Source of the DNA: Octopus vulgaris
Taxonomy: Eukaryota
NCBI GenBank assembly: GCA_951406725.2
Contig: OX597815.1
Span: forward strand, 191,766,001 to 191,830,000
Length of the DNA stretch: 64,000 bases
Reading direction: 5' to 3'
The notes under the pieces are model-generated. The model made no database searches, was not told the origin of the DNA, and saw only the letters and a program-made list of their open reading frames with translations. The first letter of the stretch is position 1, and every line of letters begins with the position of its first letter. This document shows, piece by piece, positions 13,555-26,466 of this stretch. Made by a program: the position numbers and the translations under genes.

Positions 13555-13740
13555 ATATATGTTCAAGCGTGTATATATATATAATATATATATTCAAGCG
13601 TGTGTATATATATATATATGTTCAAGCGTGTATATATATATAATATATATATTCAAGCGTGTGTATATATATATATATGTTCAAGCGTGTGTATATATAT
13701 ATATATGTTCAAGCGTGTGTATATATATATATGTTCAAGC

Positions 13741-13780
<40 letters not shown>

Positions 13781-13953
13781 GCGCGTGTATATATATATAT
13801 ATATATATTCAAGCGCGTGTATATATATATATGTTCAAGCGCGTGTATATATATATATAAATGGTCAAGCGTGTATATGTATATATATAAAAATGTTCAA
13901 GCGTATATATATATATATGTGTGTGTGTATGTGTGTGTGTGTATATATATATA

Positions 13954-13996
<43 letters not shown>

Positions 13997-14121
13997 GTTC
14001 AAGCGTATATATATATATAAATGTTCAAGCGTGTATATATATATATATATACATGGTATGTGTGTGTATATGCGTGTGTGTGTATATATATATATATACA
14101 TATATATATAAATGTTCAAGC

Positions 14122-14159
<38 letters not shown>

Positions 14160-14172
14160 GTTGAAGCGTGTT
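13555..14172. repeat. (TA)n array punctuated by about 16 copies of GTTCAAGCGTGT
   Basis: The TCAAGCG motif recurs every 26-100 bp between TA runs of variable length. Confidence 0.95.
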
Positions 14173-14420
14173 CGGTGGGTGAAAAGTTAAAATGCTCTCG
14201 TTTCACTCGCTCACACAGTCGCCTCGTTCGCTCGTCTTTCACACACTGATAGCTTGTTTGCCTCTCAGCGTTAAACTTAGCTGTCCAAAGATCTCAAAGT
14301 AGCTCAGCAGTCGCGCACGGATTTCCTCTTAATATTTCTTCCTCTCTTTTGCTCTTTCCATGTTTTCCTTCTGCCTATTGTTCTTAACTAGCACTCCTCT
14401 CTGTCTCTCTCTCTGTCTAT

Positions 14421-14880
14421 CTGTCTCTCACTGTCAATCTCTGTCTATCTGTCTCTATCTGTCTGTCTGTCTTTCACTGTCAATCTCTGTCTGTCTGTCT
14501 CTCACTGTCAATCTCTGTCTATCTGTCTCTCACTGTCAATCTTTGTCTGTCTGTCTTTCACTGTCAATCTCTGTCTGTGTGTCTCTCACTGTCAATCTCT
14601 GTCTATCTGTCTCTCACTGTCAATCTTTGTCTATCTGTCTTTCACTGTCAATCTCTGTCTATCTGTCTCTCACTGTCAATCTCTGTCTATCTGTCTCTCA
14701 CTGTCAATCTCTGTCTATCTGTCTTTCACTGTCAATCTCTGTCTATCTGTCTCTCACTGTCAATCTCTGTCTATCTGTCTCTCACTGTCAATCTCTGTCT
14801 ATCTGTCTCTCACTGTCAATCTCTGTCTATCTGTCTCTCACTGTCAATCTCTGTCTATCTGTCTCTCACTGTCTATCTGT
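14421..14880. repeat. 28-bp pyrimidine-rich minisatellite, about 16 copies
   Basis: Unit CTCTCACTGTCAATCTCTGTCTATCTGT, period 28 (e.g. 14701 and 14729). Confidence 0.95.
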
Positions 14881-15279
14881 CTTTCGCTTTCTCTCTTACC
14901 AGCTTATTGCTTCCAACCACCCTTCTCGATCAATCAATCAATCAATCAATTTTCCCCTCTCTCTTTCTCTTTGTCACTCTTCTGTCTGTCTCTCTGTCTC
15001 CCGGTCTATATGCTCTCAACGGGCTCCTCTCTCCCTCGACTGTCAATCAACTTCGCTTCGTTTATCAGTGTATTTGCTAACACACTCACATACACTCACT
15101 CACACTCACTTCTTCACTCACTCACTCACTCACTCACTCACTCACTCACTCACTCACTCTCTCTCTCATCCCTTCTTTCTCCTTCCTGCATGTCTTCCTC
15201 ACTGTCAGTCGCTTCTTTTTCGTCTTCTCTTCCTGGTTGCTGCAAACTGCTGCGGGAAATTAGCAAAAATAACAACGCG

Positions 15280-15310
<31 letters not shown>

Positions 15311-15578
15311 GTCGTCATCATCGCCAGCAGCAGCAGCAGCAGCATCAGCAGCAGCAGCAGCAGCTTTAATAGTAATTCTTAGGGCGACGGCGGTGAGAAA
15401 TGAAGGATATCTAGCGTAGCTCACACACCGCAGTAATTGACTTTATTGTTTGCAGAAATAAAAATAAATAAATAAATAAAAAAGAAAGGAAGGAAGGAAG
15501 AAAGAATAACAATGCATTGGAAATAGAAGCGGGACAATGAAACGTATGCATGTGTATATAACACTCAAATTGCATTGC

Positions 15579-15616
<38 letters not shown>

Positions 15617-15807
15617 CAGAGAGAGAGAGAGTAAGTGGATGCATGGATAAATGGTGAAGTAGTTCGCTTCGTAGTTATAGAGTTCGATTCAGCTGTACTG
15701 CGCTGCACCTCGGGTAAGTGTCTTCTCCTATAAGAACCGGACCGGCCGAAGTCTTCGTAAATAGATGAGTGAAGTTGGTAGGCGGAAAGTGAAAGTAGCC
15801 CTTCGTG

Positions 15808-15862
<55 letters not shown>

Positions 15863-15863
<1 letters not shown>

Positions 15864-16330
15864 GGCGCGGGAGTGGCTCTGTGGTAAGTAGCTTGCTTAC
15901 GAACCACATGGTTCCAGGTTCAGTCCCCCTGCGTGGCACCTTGGGCAAGTGTCTTCTACTTTAGCCTCGGGCCGACCAAATCCTTGTGAGTGGATTTGGT
16001 AGACGGAAACTAAAAGAAGCCCGTTGTATATATGTATATGTATGTATATGTGTATGTATGTATATGTATGTATATGTGTATGTATGTATATGTATGTATG
16101 TGTATGTATATATATGTATATATATATGTGTGTGTGTGTTTGTGCATCTGTCCCCCACCATCGCTTGACAACCGATGTTGGTGTGTTTACGTTCCCGTAA
16201 CTTAGCGTTTCGGCAAAAGAGACCAATTGAATAAGTACTAGGCTTACAAAGAATAAAGTCCCGGGGTCGATTTGCTCGACTAAAAAGGCGGTGCTCCAGC
16301 ATGGCCGCAGTCGAATTGGCTGAAAGAAAT
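15863..16330 (+). mobile_element. SINE family A with expanded internal microsatellite
   Basis: Colinear with 8387; central tract about 110 bp. Confidence 0.9.
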
Positions 16331-16714
16331 AACAGTAACACCGCAGCCTTTGGTACCGTGTGAAGGTAATTCTGTACAAAGATTGTGCAGAAATGGTTCA
16401 AGTGCCTTTCCTGAAGACATCTGAAGCCACTTGGGAACAAGTAGGTTCTTTGATCGTGTGAAGTCGAATACTCATAGCTGAAACCGATGAGAAAGAAAAA
16501 AAAAAGCCAGTAAGGTGAGCATATATGTGGTCAAATAGTCTGCTAGAAATAGCAACTGAATCTCGCTCGAGTTACACCCTTCAGTTTTAGAAAAGGATGA
16601 CGCCTCGTATTTATGTATGGGCTCCCGTTAAAATGACCGAATGTTCTCGAATTGCTTTTGTTTTTTTTTGTGTTTTTTGTGTGTGTGTCAACTCCTTCAG
16701 GGCTGACCTGATTA

Positions 16715-17135
16715 TCTTTCTGGTCAGTCATTAGACTGCGGCCATGCTGGGGCACCGCCTTGAAGAATTGTAGTCTAACGAATGGAACCCGGTAATTTTT
16801 TTTTCTGGGCCGAGTACTTTTTCTACCGGTCTCCTTTTAGCTGAACCGCTAGGTTACATAAACGTAAACAAACCAACGTCGGTTGTCAAGCGTTGACAAG
16901 GGACAAAAACAAGTATAAAGACACGCAGATGTATATATATATGTATGCATGGATGCACGTACGTACGTATATAGATAGATTTGACAGGTTTCTTTCAGTT
17001 TCCGTCCACTAAATTCACAAACTTTGACGCGGGGCTATTGTAGAAGACATTTGCTTAAGATGCCACGCAGTGGGACTGAACCCGGAACCATGTGGTTGGG
17101 AAGGAAACTTTTTAACAAACAGACACGTCTGCGCC
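16715..17135 (-). mobile_element. SINE family A, diverged
   Basis: Reverse complement of the family A head, body and tail. Confidence 0.8.
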
Positions 17136-17223
17136 TGACCAGAAAGAGGACGACTCACTTGTGATCCATTTTTGTGTGTGGTGTAAATGAGTATGGTTAT
17201 ATATGTATATGTATATATATATG

Positions 17224-17480
17224 TGGAGGCGCAATGGCCCAGTGGTTAGGGCAGCGGACTCGTGGTCGTAGGATCGCGGTTTCGATTCCCAGACCGCGCG
17301 TTGTGAGTGGTGATCCCTGCTGTACTCTTTCACCATAACTTTCTCTCACTCTTTCTTCTGTTGGCCTGCTCGCTTAGCCAGCGGGGTGGCGTCATTGAAG
17401 GCTAAAACAATGCGAAGCGCATTGTGACCAGCGATGTGTAGCAAGATCTGATGGCCTGGTCGGTCACGTGATCACGTGAT
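17224..17480 (+). mobile_element. tRNA-headed SINE with family C head and an alternative tail
   Basis: Head TGGCCCAGTGGTTAGGGCAGCGGACTCG..GGTTTCGATTCCC is shared with 17890 and 20618, but the 3' part differs. Flanked by (TA)n. Confidence 0.75.
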
Positions 17481-17574
17481 ATATATACACACACAAACAT
17501 ATATACACACACAAACATATACACATACTCACGCCCACAAACATACATACATACACATTTATTAATTTTATTTA

Positions 17575-17890
17575 TGCGCCCTTTTCAAGGCTAGTCAGGC
17601 TCATGGGCCCGGTTTCCCGATTTCGATGGCGTATGTGTTCCCCCCGACCGGACGGGACGCCAGTCCATCGTAGCGTTACTCAAGAAAGAGTGAGGAAGAA
17701 AGAGTGAGAGAAAGTTGGGGCGAAAGAGTACAACAAGAGTACAAAGAGTACCACCCCTGCCGGAGCCTCGTGGAGCTTTTAGGTTTTTTTTCGCTCAATA
17801 AACACAGACAACGCTCGGTCTGGGAATCGAAACCGTGATCCTCCGACCGCGAGTCCGCTGCCCTAACCACTGGGCCATTATGCCTCCACC
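17575..17890 (-). mobile_element. V-domain-like SINE (family C)
   Basis: Minus strand carries a tRNA head, then CGATGGACTGGCGTCCCGTCC..GAAATCGGGAAACCGGGCCCATGAGCC. Confidence 0.8.
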
Positions 17891-18519
17891 ATACACATAC
17901 ATACATACATACATACATACTGAAATTCCAATGAAGGAACCTTGTATCTAAGTTAGAAACCGATTCTTTCTCTATTGGCAAGAAATCTTGAAATAAGCCG
18001 AATAATGACACACAAGCGTACCAGAAAGAGAAATCAGCCAACTGATTCGCACATTACAAATACAGTCTGTAAGAGGAACAATAAAGATATGCAAGACTTT
18101 TCTTAAGTTTAAAATATGACATAGCTTTCGTTATCTGCATTCCAATGATGGAGCTTTGTATCTTCATTAGAAACACCAACTCTTTCCTCAGAGAAAGAAT
18201 TTAAATTATGAAAACAACAGAATATAAATACCACCCCATCTCCTAGGCCAGCTGCAAATTACGGCTGTCGTATTGACCTTTTGCGCTCCCTTGCTTTGTC
18301 ATATTAAAGATGATTAAAGATGCACTGGCTCCTTGACTCTAAAGTGGCCTTTAAATCTTACTCATGACCTGCCGGTTCTATAGCAGATTTCGTAGGTACA
18401 AGGCGCTACCATGTGCCGAGCCATCTTAATAGTATTGTAGCTCCACCCCTATCCCAAACAAAGCTAGATATAAGCGGTTGCCAATTGTATTTACCAGGGA
18501 ACCCAGCATTGTTATAAAG

Positions 18520-19094
18520 CAGTGGTTCTGAACTTTTGTTTGCCTATTGATCCCTGTCAGTCCTCTATTACACAGACGGTCCTTCAAAGCCATTTGATGC
18601 TTAAAAGATCCTATTAAATTTTTGTAACTCTTTTACATTTCACTGTGGCCATGCTGGATCGAGCAAATCGACCCCAGGACTTATTCTTTGTAAACCTAGT
18701 ACTTATTCTATCGGTCTTTTTTGCCGAACCGCTAAGTTTCGGGGATGTAAACACCAGCATCTGTTGTCAAGCGATGTTGGGGGGGGGGGAACACAGACAC
18801 CCAAATACACACACAAACACACACACATATATATATATACGACGGGCTTCTTTCAGTTTCGGCCCGAGGCTATAGTAGAAGACACTTGTCCAAAGTGTCC
18901 CGCAGTGGGACTGAATCCGGAACCATGTGGTTCGTAAGCAAGCTACTTACCTGTAATGAAATATTGCTAGGAATTGTATGAAAAAAATTATTAGAAATAT
19001 TTTGTGCATTCCATAAGTATAACTAGTTTATTGCACATAAGTTTTAACAACAAACTCTTATATGGATCATACAGACCTCGGTTGAGGACCACTG
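18520..19094. mobile_element. hAT MITE with a nested family A SINE (about 18627-18951, minus)
   Basis: TIRs CAGTGGTTCTGAAC and GTTGAGGACCACTG; flanks TTATAAAG and GTTTAAAG. Confidence 0.7.
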
Positions 19095-19113
19095 GTTTAA
19101 AGTAAGAATAGTA

Positions 19114-19315
19114 TACTCTTTACTTGTTTCAGTCATTTGACTGCGGCCATGCTGGAGCACCGCCTTTAGTCGAGCAAATCGACCCCGGGACTTATTCTTT
19201 GTAAGCCCAGTACTTATTCTATCGGTCTCTTTTGCCGAACCGCTAAGTGACGGGGACGTAAACACACCAGCATCGGTTGTCAAGCAATGCTAGGGGGACA
19301 AACACAGACACACAA

Positions 19316-19378
<63 letters not shown>

Positions 19379-19548
19379 TATATACGACAGGCTTCTTTCA
19401 GTTTCCGTCTACCAAATCCACTCACAAGGCTTTGGTCGGCCCGGGGCTATAGCAGAAGACACTTGCCCAAGATGCCACGCAGTGGGACTGAACCCGGAAC
19501 CATGTGGCTGGTTAGCAAGCTACTTACCACACAGCCACGCCTGCGCCT
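19114..19548 (-). mobile_element. SINE family A, young subfamily
   Basis: Nearly identical to the copies at 28960 and 40383. Confidence 0.9.
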
Positions 19549-20084
19549 GTTATTCATTTATTCTAGAAAAATCTTGCAAAAACGTTACAAGTGTTCAAAG
19601 TTTGATAATTTTCAGAATTTTCAGTCAATCACTGCCTCTCCCTTCATCAGGGGTCTGCATGTCAAAACATTAAACTAGGTTTTTATAAAATAAATTATCT
19701 TTCTCTTATCTCCTTCTCCTCCTTTGGTTACTATGGAAGCAGTTCTTCGCAATCAGCTATGCAACACGTGGTGCTTCTTTGCTTTGGTTACTATGGAAAT
19801 AGACATTTTCGCCACGGTGATAAGCAAAATACTCGCTTCTGATTGGCTAAAATGCCCACATTTTGCAAATTTTAAAAGCTAATAACGTTTTTATTATGGA
19901 TTTATAGGAAAAATGAATTTCATTTTCATAATTAGTATACAAATCCATAAACCAAGTTTGAAAACAACTGGAATAAAATTGTAAAAAAGTCATGAAAACC
20001 ATAAAGATCTGTTAAAGAAGTTTCAAATATGTAGATGAAAACAGACTTCTACATTCAGTGAGCTATATTTTTATGAATGATACC

Positions 20085-20304
20085 TATTTCTTTACTACCC
20101 ACATGGGGCTAAACACAGAGCGGACAAACAAGGACATTAAGTCGATTATATCGACCCAGTGCGTAGCTGGTACTTAATTTATCGACCCCGAAAGGATGGA
20201 AGGCAAAGTCGACCTCGGCGGAATTTGAACTCAGAACGCAGCGGCGGACGAGATCCCGCAAAGCATTTCGCCCGGCGTGCTAACGTTTCTGCCAGCTCGC
20301 CGCC
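20085..20304 (-). mobile_element. SINE family B monomer with 17-bp TSD
   Basis: TTTTTATGAATGATACC at 20068-20084 and 20305-20321. Confidence 0.9.
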
Positions 20305-20337
20305 TTTTTATGAATGATACCGGGAGACTCGTAAACG

Positions 20338-20620
20338 TCGCTCTTTTCAAGCCTATCCAGGTTCATGGGCCCAGTTTCCCGGTTTCTGTAGCGTTTGTGT
20401 TCCCCCCAGCTGGACGGGACGCCAGAAACAGGAAAGAGAGAGTGAGAGAAAGTTGTGGTGAAAGAGTACGACAGGGGTCGCCACCACACCCTGCCGGAGC
20501 CTCGTGGAGCTTTTAGGTGTTTTCGCTCAATAAACACATACAACGCCCGGTCTGGGAATCGAAACCGTGATCCTCCGACCACGAGTCCGCTGCCCTAACC
20601 ACTGGGCAATTGCGCCTTCA
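20338..20620 (-). mobile_element. SINE family C
   Basis: Colinear with 17575-17890. Confidence 0.8.
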
Positions 20621-21123
20621 CATCCACTTAGCTAAAAATACCAGTGAATATTCATTTGGGATGCTGCTTCCCCCCCACCCACTCCACATAAACGCATATA
20701 CATCCTGGGCAGCATCCAAAAGAACGTCACCTAAACTGATTGGCAATAATTCAATCACCAACACACTTACAACGTGTTGCAGATCTTATCTTTTTCGTTC
20801 GCAGTGTTTGATTTTGTCTGAATCTTCTGTTTCTACATTTTTGTAGTTTTGAGCTATTTACGAAAAATCATTAATTTAATTTCACTTTTTTTTTTACGAA
20901 CCTTAATAATAATAAAACGTTTCAAACCTAAAAGGTTTGAAAAAAATTGTTAATCTCAGCCAATCGGATGCCTCCGTTATTCGACATGCCGGAAGTCACA
21001 CTCGTCATCTATTTCCATAGCATCAGCAGTTGTCTCTTGTTTCAACTAGTGCAAGCCACGCTTTTTTTCAATAACAAATCATTATATCGTAAGCGTGGAA
21101 GCAGTGAACCTAGGAACATATTA

Positions 21124-21603
21124 CCGTAAATCCTCGAGTATTGTTCGCCCTTGAGTATTATACGCAGGGGATTTTTAGGGGGCTGTACCTCTGAAAAACC
21201 GAAACCTTGTGTATAATACGCACCCCTTCTCTAACTTGAGTCAAGGAGGTCTATATAACGTCCTTGGTTTGTAAAAATGTATACAGTAACGTCCTTTATT
21301 ATTATTGTATATATAACATAATGCAAATGTGTAGCTTTTTTGTGCATTTTGTTTGCAGAAAATAAAGAAATAACAGTAATAACGTTTAATAAATGTTGCT
21401 AACTGCAAGTTATGAATGATTTAAGGTATTTTCGCGTCCGACATCACAAAATGTGTCTGAATAAACATTGCCGGACAGCAAATAGAGACTCGGGCATTGC
21501 TTAAAAAATAATTTTCATTTTTAACCTCGTATATAGTACGCACTAGGGATTTTGACCTTTAAATTTTGGAGAAAAAGTGCGGATTATACTCGAGGATTTA
21601 CGG
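21124..21603. mobile_element. pogo/Tigger-type MITE
   Basis: Perfect TIR CCGTAAATCCTCGAGTA / TACTCGAGGATTTACGG, flanked by TA on both sides. Confidence 0.9.
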
Positions 21604-21669
21604 TACATCAAAATAGAAAGTCTTGAATCAAACTGAACACTGCAAACGAAATGGATAAAATCCTTTCGC

Positions 21670-21890
21670 GCTAACATTTTACTGCTGCCTGTCTCCTCTC
21701 TTAGGTTATTTGATCCCTTCTGTAACAGCCTTTGCTCCTAGCTAGTTTCATACCACTTCCACCCAGGCCCACCCCAACAACATACCACTTTATATCCGTA
21801 CAATGGTTCGTCTCTACTTACGCTATACTCCATATGATCACAACGTCAAATTCTCCCCCACAACGCGTCTTCTATGGAATAATCTAACTA
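21670..21890 (+). mobile_element. CR1/Jockey-group LINE ORF2 C-terminal remnant
   Basis: FSPTTRLLWNNL near 21851 resembles the SF.PRT..LWN.LP end motif. Confidence 0.4.
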
Positions 21891-22103
21891 AGCACCAAAT
21901 GTATCAATATCTCTCCAGGCTCGAAGATCATGTGAAGATCTCGAGCACTATATTCCACACCTGATAACTGACAAAACCCAGACAACTTACAAAAATTTTA
22001 ATGTCCAACTTCAGTTTAGCAATCAAAAATAGCTTAGGAAATACTTTAGATCACGTTCTCACTTTCTTTTACATTAAAAGAATATTGTTGTTTATTATGA
22101 TAT

Positions 22104-22495
22104 CTAGCAGTATCGCCCGGCGTTGCTCGGGTTTGTTTCGACCCTTTAGAATTGGAATTATTGAAAAGTAAAAATTTTGCATTATGTAGCTTGTTATTCT
22201 CTTTAAGTGAACATTTTTCTAGTTGAAATACACCGAAAAATGGCGACACAGCAGTCAATAAATCGTAAAAAAATAGGGATTTTCACAGAAAAAAAGCATT
22301 TTTTTATGTAAATAATGTTTGGTATTAACATGGTCCGATTTGAATTTTTTCTTCTACGGAAGGAAGAGCAAGCCTTCTTCTATCATACTCTCAATTTTGG
22401 TCAACTTGTGCCGCAGGGTCTCGGAGGAGATAGTGTTAGTTGAAGGCTACCAAACCTGCCATACACAGACAACTTCAGCTTTATATATATAGAGA
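22104..22495 (-). mobile_element. Non-autonomous Helitron, same family as 3522
   Basis: CTAG end, hairpin and internal sequence all match 3522-3917. Confidence 0.8.
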
Positions 22496-23344
22496 TATAG
22501 ATAATGGAAATTACTATCGTCAGTCAGGAGACGGGTTTTGGGGATCCATTTATATCATGTTCCTGACAAATAAAATTGGTTGAATCTTCTCTGCGAGTTT
22601 CCATTAACTTACAGTGAGAACCCCGTGGTTTGAAAACATGTAAAGGAGAGAAATCAAAATACGTTGTCGTCGTTGCTATTGTTATTATTATTATTATTAT
22701 TTTGGTGTGCCTGAATCAGAATTTGCATGCAAAGGCTGCGATGAGAGGTGTCAACCGCCTCGACAGACCCCGTACAGAATGAAGGCAACAGGAAACGCTT
22801 CCAGTGTGTCATTCATTCTTCATCACATTAAATCATCGTTGATTTCACGATACACGTTTTATATACACCCACTTTGTCTCTCTTTCTCTCTCTCTCTCTC
22901 TCACACACACACATATATACACACACACAGATCTCGACACGTATTTACACACAAATATATACTGACGCACGCCTTTCTTCAGTCACGCAAATACTTACAT
23001 ATGCACTAAAAAATATTTTTCTTTAGAAGAGAGAAGTGGAGATTGATAGATAGATAGATATGTAGACAGATATATAGTGTAAGAGAAAAGAGATAGATAG
23101 ATAGATAGATAGATAGGAGGGGCAAGATTAAGATGTAGTTGGCGGGTGGGATGGAGGGAAGGAAACAGAAAAGGGATTATAAAATAAGTATAAAGATCTG
23201 ACATATTTTGACTTTTCAAAAAATATGGCGGGTTTCATGACATGAAGAGATTTCTATATAGATATGCATGTATGAACGCACGTAATATGTGTGTATGTGT
23301 ATATATATATATATGCATGAGTGTGTGATGTATATGCGCATATG

Positions 23345-23389
<45 letters not shown>

Positions 23390-23397
<8 letters not shown>

Positions 23398-23434
23398 ATA
23401 TACACACATGTATTTCTACATACATATTTATAAC

Positions 23435-23465
<31 letters not shown>

Positions 23466-23505
23466 GCATATATACACACACACCTCTCTATACATATATA
23501 TAACG

Positions 23506-23538
<33 letters not shown>

Positions 23539-23818
23539 GCATATATATATACACACACATCTCTCTATACATATCTATAACTTATATATATATATATACA
23601 TATATATATACACACTTCTCTATACATATATATAACTATGTATATATATATATATACACACGCATATATACACACATATCTCTATACATATATATAACTA
23701 TGTATATATATATATATATACACTCGCATATATACACACATATCTCTATACATATATATAACTATATATATATATATACGCATATATACACACACACACG
23801 TCTCTATACATATATAAC

Positions 23819-23859
<41 letters not shown>

Positions 23860-23896
23860 GCATATATACACACACGTCTCTGTACATATATATAAC

Positions 23897-23928
<32 letters not shown>

Positions 23929-23930
23929 AA
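23390..23930. repeat. Higher-order TA/CA repeat, unit about 55-70 bp
   Basis: CGCATATATACACAC..CTCTATACATATATATAACTA recurs about 8 times. Confidence 0.85.
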
Positions 23931-24143
23931 TGTAGAAAGAGAAGAGATAGGTAAAAATGTGTGTGTGAGAGAGTGAGAGAAATTGTCAGGTTAATTCTTT
24001 TTATTTTATTCATTTATCATATATATATATATTTTCTACTTTATAATTATTTATAGTTAGTTATTCATTGAGCAATTTCATCGAATAACTTCTTTTGGAC
24101 GAGCTAAGGTGTAGTAGAGTCAGCATTTCGCATGAATTTTTAT

Positions 24144-24195
<52 letters not shown>

Positions 24196-24457
24196 CTTTA
24201 TCAGGAAATAAATTAAAGAAAATTGATCACCACGATTTACACATCCTGTGTTTTAGCCGCGATTGGCTCCACCAATATTGTAACCAGCCATGCATGCTGG
24301 CAAGTGTCTTTGACTTAAAGAAACTCTATTATGATTAGCACAGAAAACCCATGCTAAAGATTAATGTCTGCTCTTATCACTTAAGTCTCTCTGAGATATG
24401 TGCAGCTTTCAATTATATATATAAGACAGAGAAACACTACACTTGACTATCATTTGA

Positions 24458-24488
<31 letters not shown>

Positions 24489-24500
24489 TATGTGTGGAGG

Positions 24501-24800
24501 GAGGCACATGGCCTAGTGGTTAGAGCAGCGGACTCACGGTCGAGGGATCGCGGGTTCGAATCTCAGACCGGGCGATGTGTGTGTTTATGAGCGAAACACT
24601 TAAGCTCCACGTGGATCCGGCAGAAGGTAATGGCCAACTTCTGCTGACTCTTTCGCTGACTCTTCTGCTCACAACTTTCTCCTACATCTTGCAGCTCACC
24701 TGCGACGGACCGGCGTCCCGTCCAGGTGGGGAAATTTATACGCCAAAGAAAGCGGGAAACCGGCCCTGATGAGCCAAGCATGGCTTGAGAAGGAACAAAC
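24501..24800 (+). mobile_element. SINE family C (V-like)
   Basis: TGGCCTAGTGG A-box, GGTTCGAATCT B-box, CCTGCGACGGACCGGCGTCCCGTCCAGG. Confidence 0.85.
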
Positions 24801-24804
24801 CATA

Positions 24805-25629
24805 TACAGGGAGGTGTTGAAAAGTTCCTGGCTTTGGGTAAGAGAAAATATAGGAGGAATAGTTAATTATGATTTTATTCAACATATTCCCCTCTCAGAT
24901 TCATACGCTTGTGGCAGGGGTCCTTCAGTTTTTCTAAGCCCCAAGGCAGCGAGCTGGCAGAAACGTTAGCACGCCGGGCGAAATGCGTAGCCGTATTTCG
25001 TCTGCCGTTACGTTCTGAGTTCAAATTCCGCCGAGGTCGACTTTGCCTTTCATCCTTTCGGGGTCGATAAATTAAGTACCAGTTACGCACTGGGGTCGAT
25101 ATAATCGACTTAATCCGTTTGTCTCTCCTTGTTTGTCCTCTCTGTGTTTAGCCCCTTGTGGGTAGTAAAAAAATAGGTATTTCGTCAGTCTTTACGTTCT
25201 GAGTTCAAATTCCAGCGAGATCGGCTTTGCCTTTCATCCTTTCGGGGTCGATAAATTAAGTACCAGTTACGCACTGGGGTCGATGTAATCGACTTAATCC
25301 GTTTATCTGTCCTTGTTTGTCCCCTCTATATTTAGCCCCTTGTAGGCAATAAAGAAATAAGAAACGTTAGCTCGCCGGGCGAAATGCTTAGCGCTATTTC
25401 GTCTGTCTTTACGTTCTGAGTTCAAATTCCACCAAGATCGATTTTGCCTTTCCTCCTTTCGGGGTCGATAAATCAAGTACCAGTCGCGTACTGGAGTTGA
25501 TCTAATCGACTGGTCCTTCCCTACACAAAAATTTCGGGCGTTGTGCCTAGAGTAGAAAAGTTTTTCTAAGCCCTGTAAAAGACCTCGGAAGGTTTGCGAC
25601 ACCCTTAGAGCCAGGAATACACCCTCATA
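24805..25629. mobile_element. Mariner-type MITE interrupted by a trimeric SINE
   Basis: Left TACAGGGAGGTGTTGAAAAGTTCCTGGCT and right AGCCAGGAATACACCCTCATA form degenerate inverted ends. Confidence 0.6.
24942..25558 (+). mobile_element. SINE family B trimer with 15-bp TSD
   Basis: Three head-to-tail units plus a unique tail. AGTTTTTCTAAGCCC at 24927-24941 and 25559-25573. Confidence 0.9.
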
Positions 25630-25705
25630 TATGATTGTATGTATGTATGTATGTATGTATATATGCGTGTGTATGTCTGTTTGTATGACTGCATCTTCTA
25701 TTTTT

Positions 25706-26430
25706 AACTTTTACTTCAGTCATTAGACTGCGGCCATGCTGGGGCACCGCCCTGAAGAATTGTAGTGGGACGAATCAACCCCTGTATATAATTGAGTAAA
25801 TATTTCTTTTAAGACCTGGTACTTATTCTATCGATCTATTTTGCCAAACCGCTAGTTACGGGGATATAAACAAACCAGCACCGATTTTCAAGCGGTAGTT
25901 GCGGACACACACACACATACACTCGACGGGCTTCTTTCGGTTTCCGTCTACCAAATCCACTCACAAGGCTTTGCTTGGCCCAAGGCTATAGTAGAGGATG
26001 CTCGACGCAGTGGAACTGAACCCAGAACCATGTGGTTGGGAAGCAAACTGTTTACCAAACATCCACGGCTGTGGTTCCGGGTTCACTCCCACTACGCGGT
26101 ACTTTGGGCAATTGTCTTCTACAATAGTCCCGGACCAACCAATGCCTCATGAGTGAATTTAATGGACGGTAACTGTAAGGAAGCTTGTTTTATATGTTTA
26201 TGCGTGTCTTTGTGTCTGTATTTGTCACCCCCCCCCGCAACCACTTGGCAACCGGTGATTTGTTTACGTTTCCATAACCTAGCGACTCGTCAAAAGAAAC
26301 CGATAGGAAAGTGTCAGACCTAAAAAAAGGCAACAAAACAAAAAACAACATAAGCGCTGAGTTCGATTTGTTTGACTAAAATTCTTTAAAGTGGTGCCCC
26401 AGCATGGCCGTTGTCCAATGACTGAAACAT
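25706..26430. mobile_element. Head-to-head pair of diverged family A SINEs
   Basis: Minus copy extends to about 26068; the plus copy starts there. Confidence 0.75.
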
Positions 26431-26431
26431 G

Positions 26432-26466
<35 letters not shown>

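Noticed and set aside
13555-14172. CRISPR-like array
   Set aside because: The repeats are only about 12 bp, the spacers are pure TA runs, the context is eukaryotic, and there are no cas genes.
14360-15382. 340-aa ORF and overlapping poly-His/poly-Gln ORF
   Set aside because: These are translations of a 28-bp minisatellite and trinucleotide runs, with no domain signal.
17925-17968. Hammerhead-like CCAAUGA..GAAACCGAUU
   Set aside because: It has two core mismatches and a weak stem I, and only one copy is present.
24501-24575. Functional tRNA genes in SINE heads
   Set aside because: The heads continue into SINE bodies and lack proper cloverleaf pairing.
24942-25558. Retrozyme interpretation of the tandem SINE units
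   Set aside because: No CUGANGA core was found on either strand of the unit.
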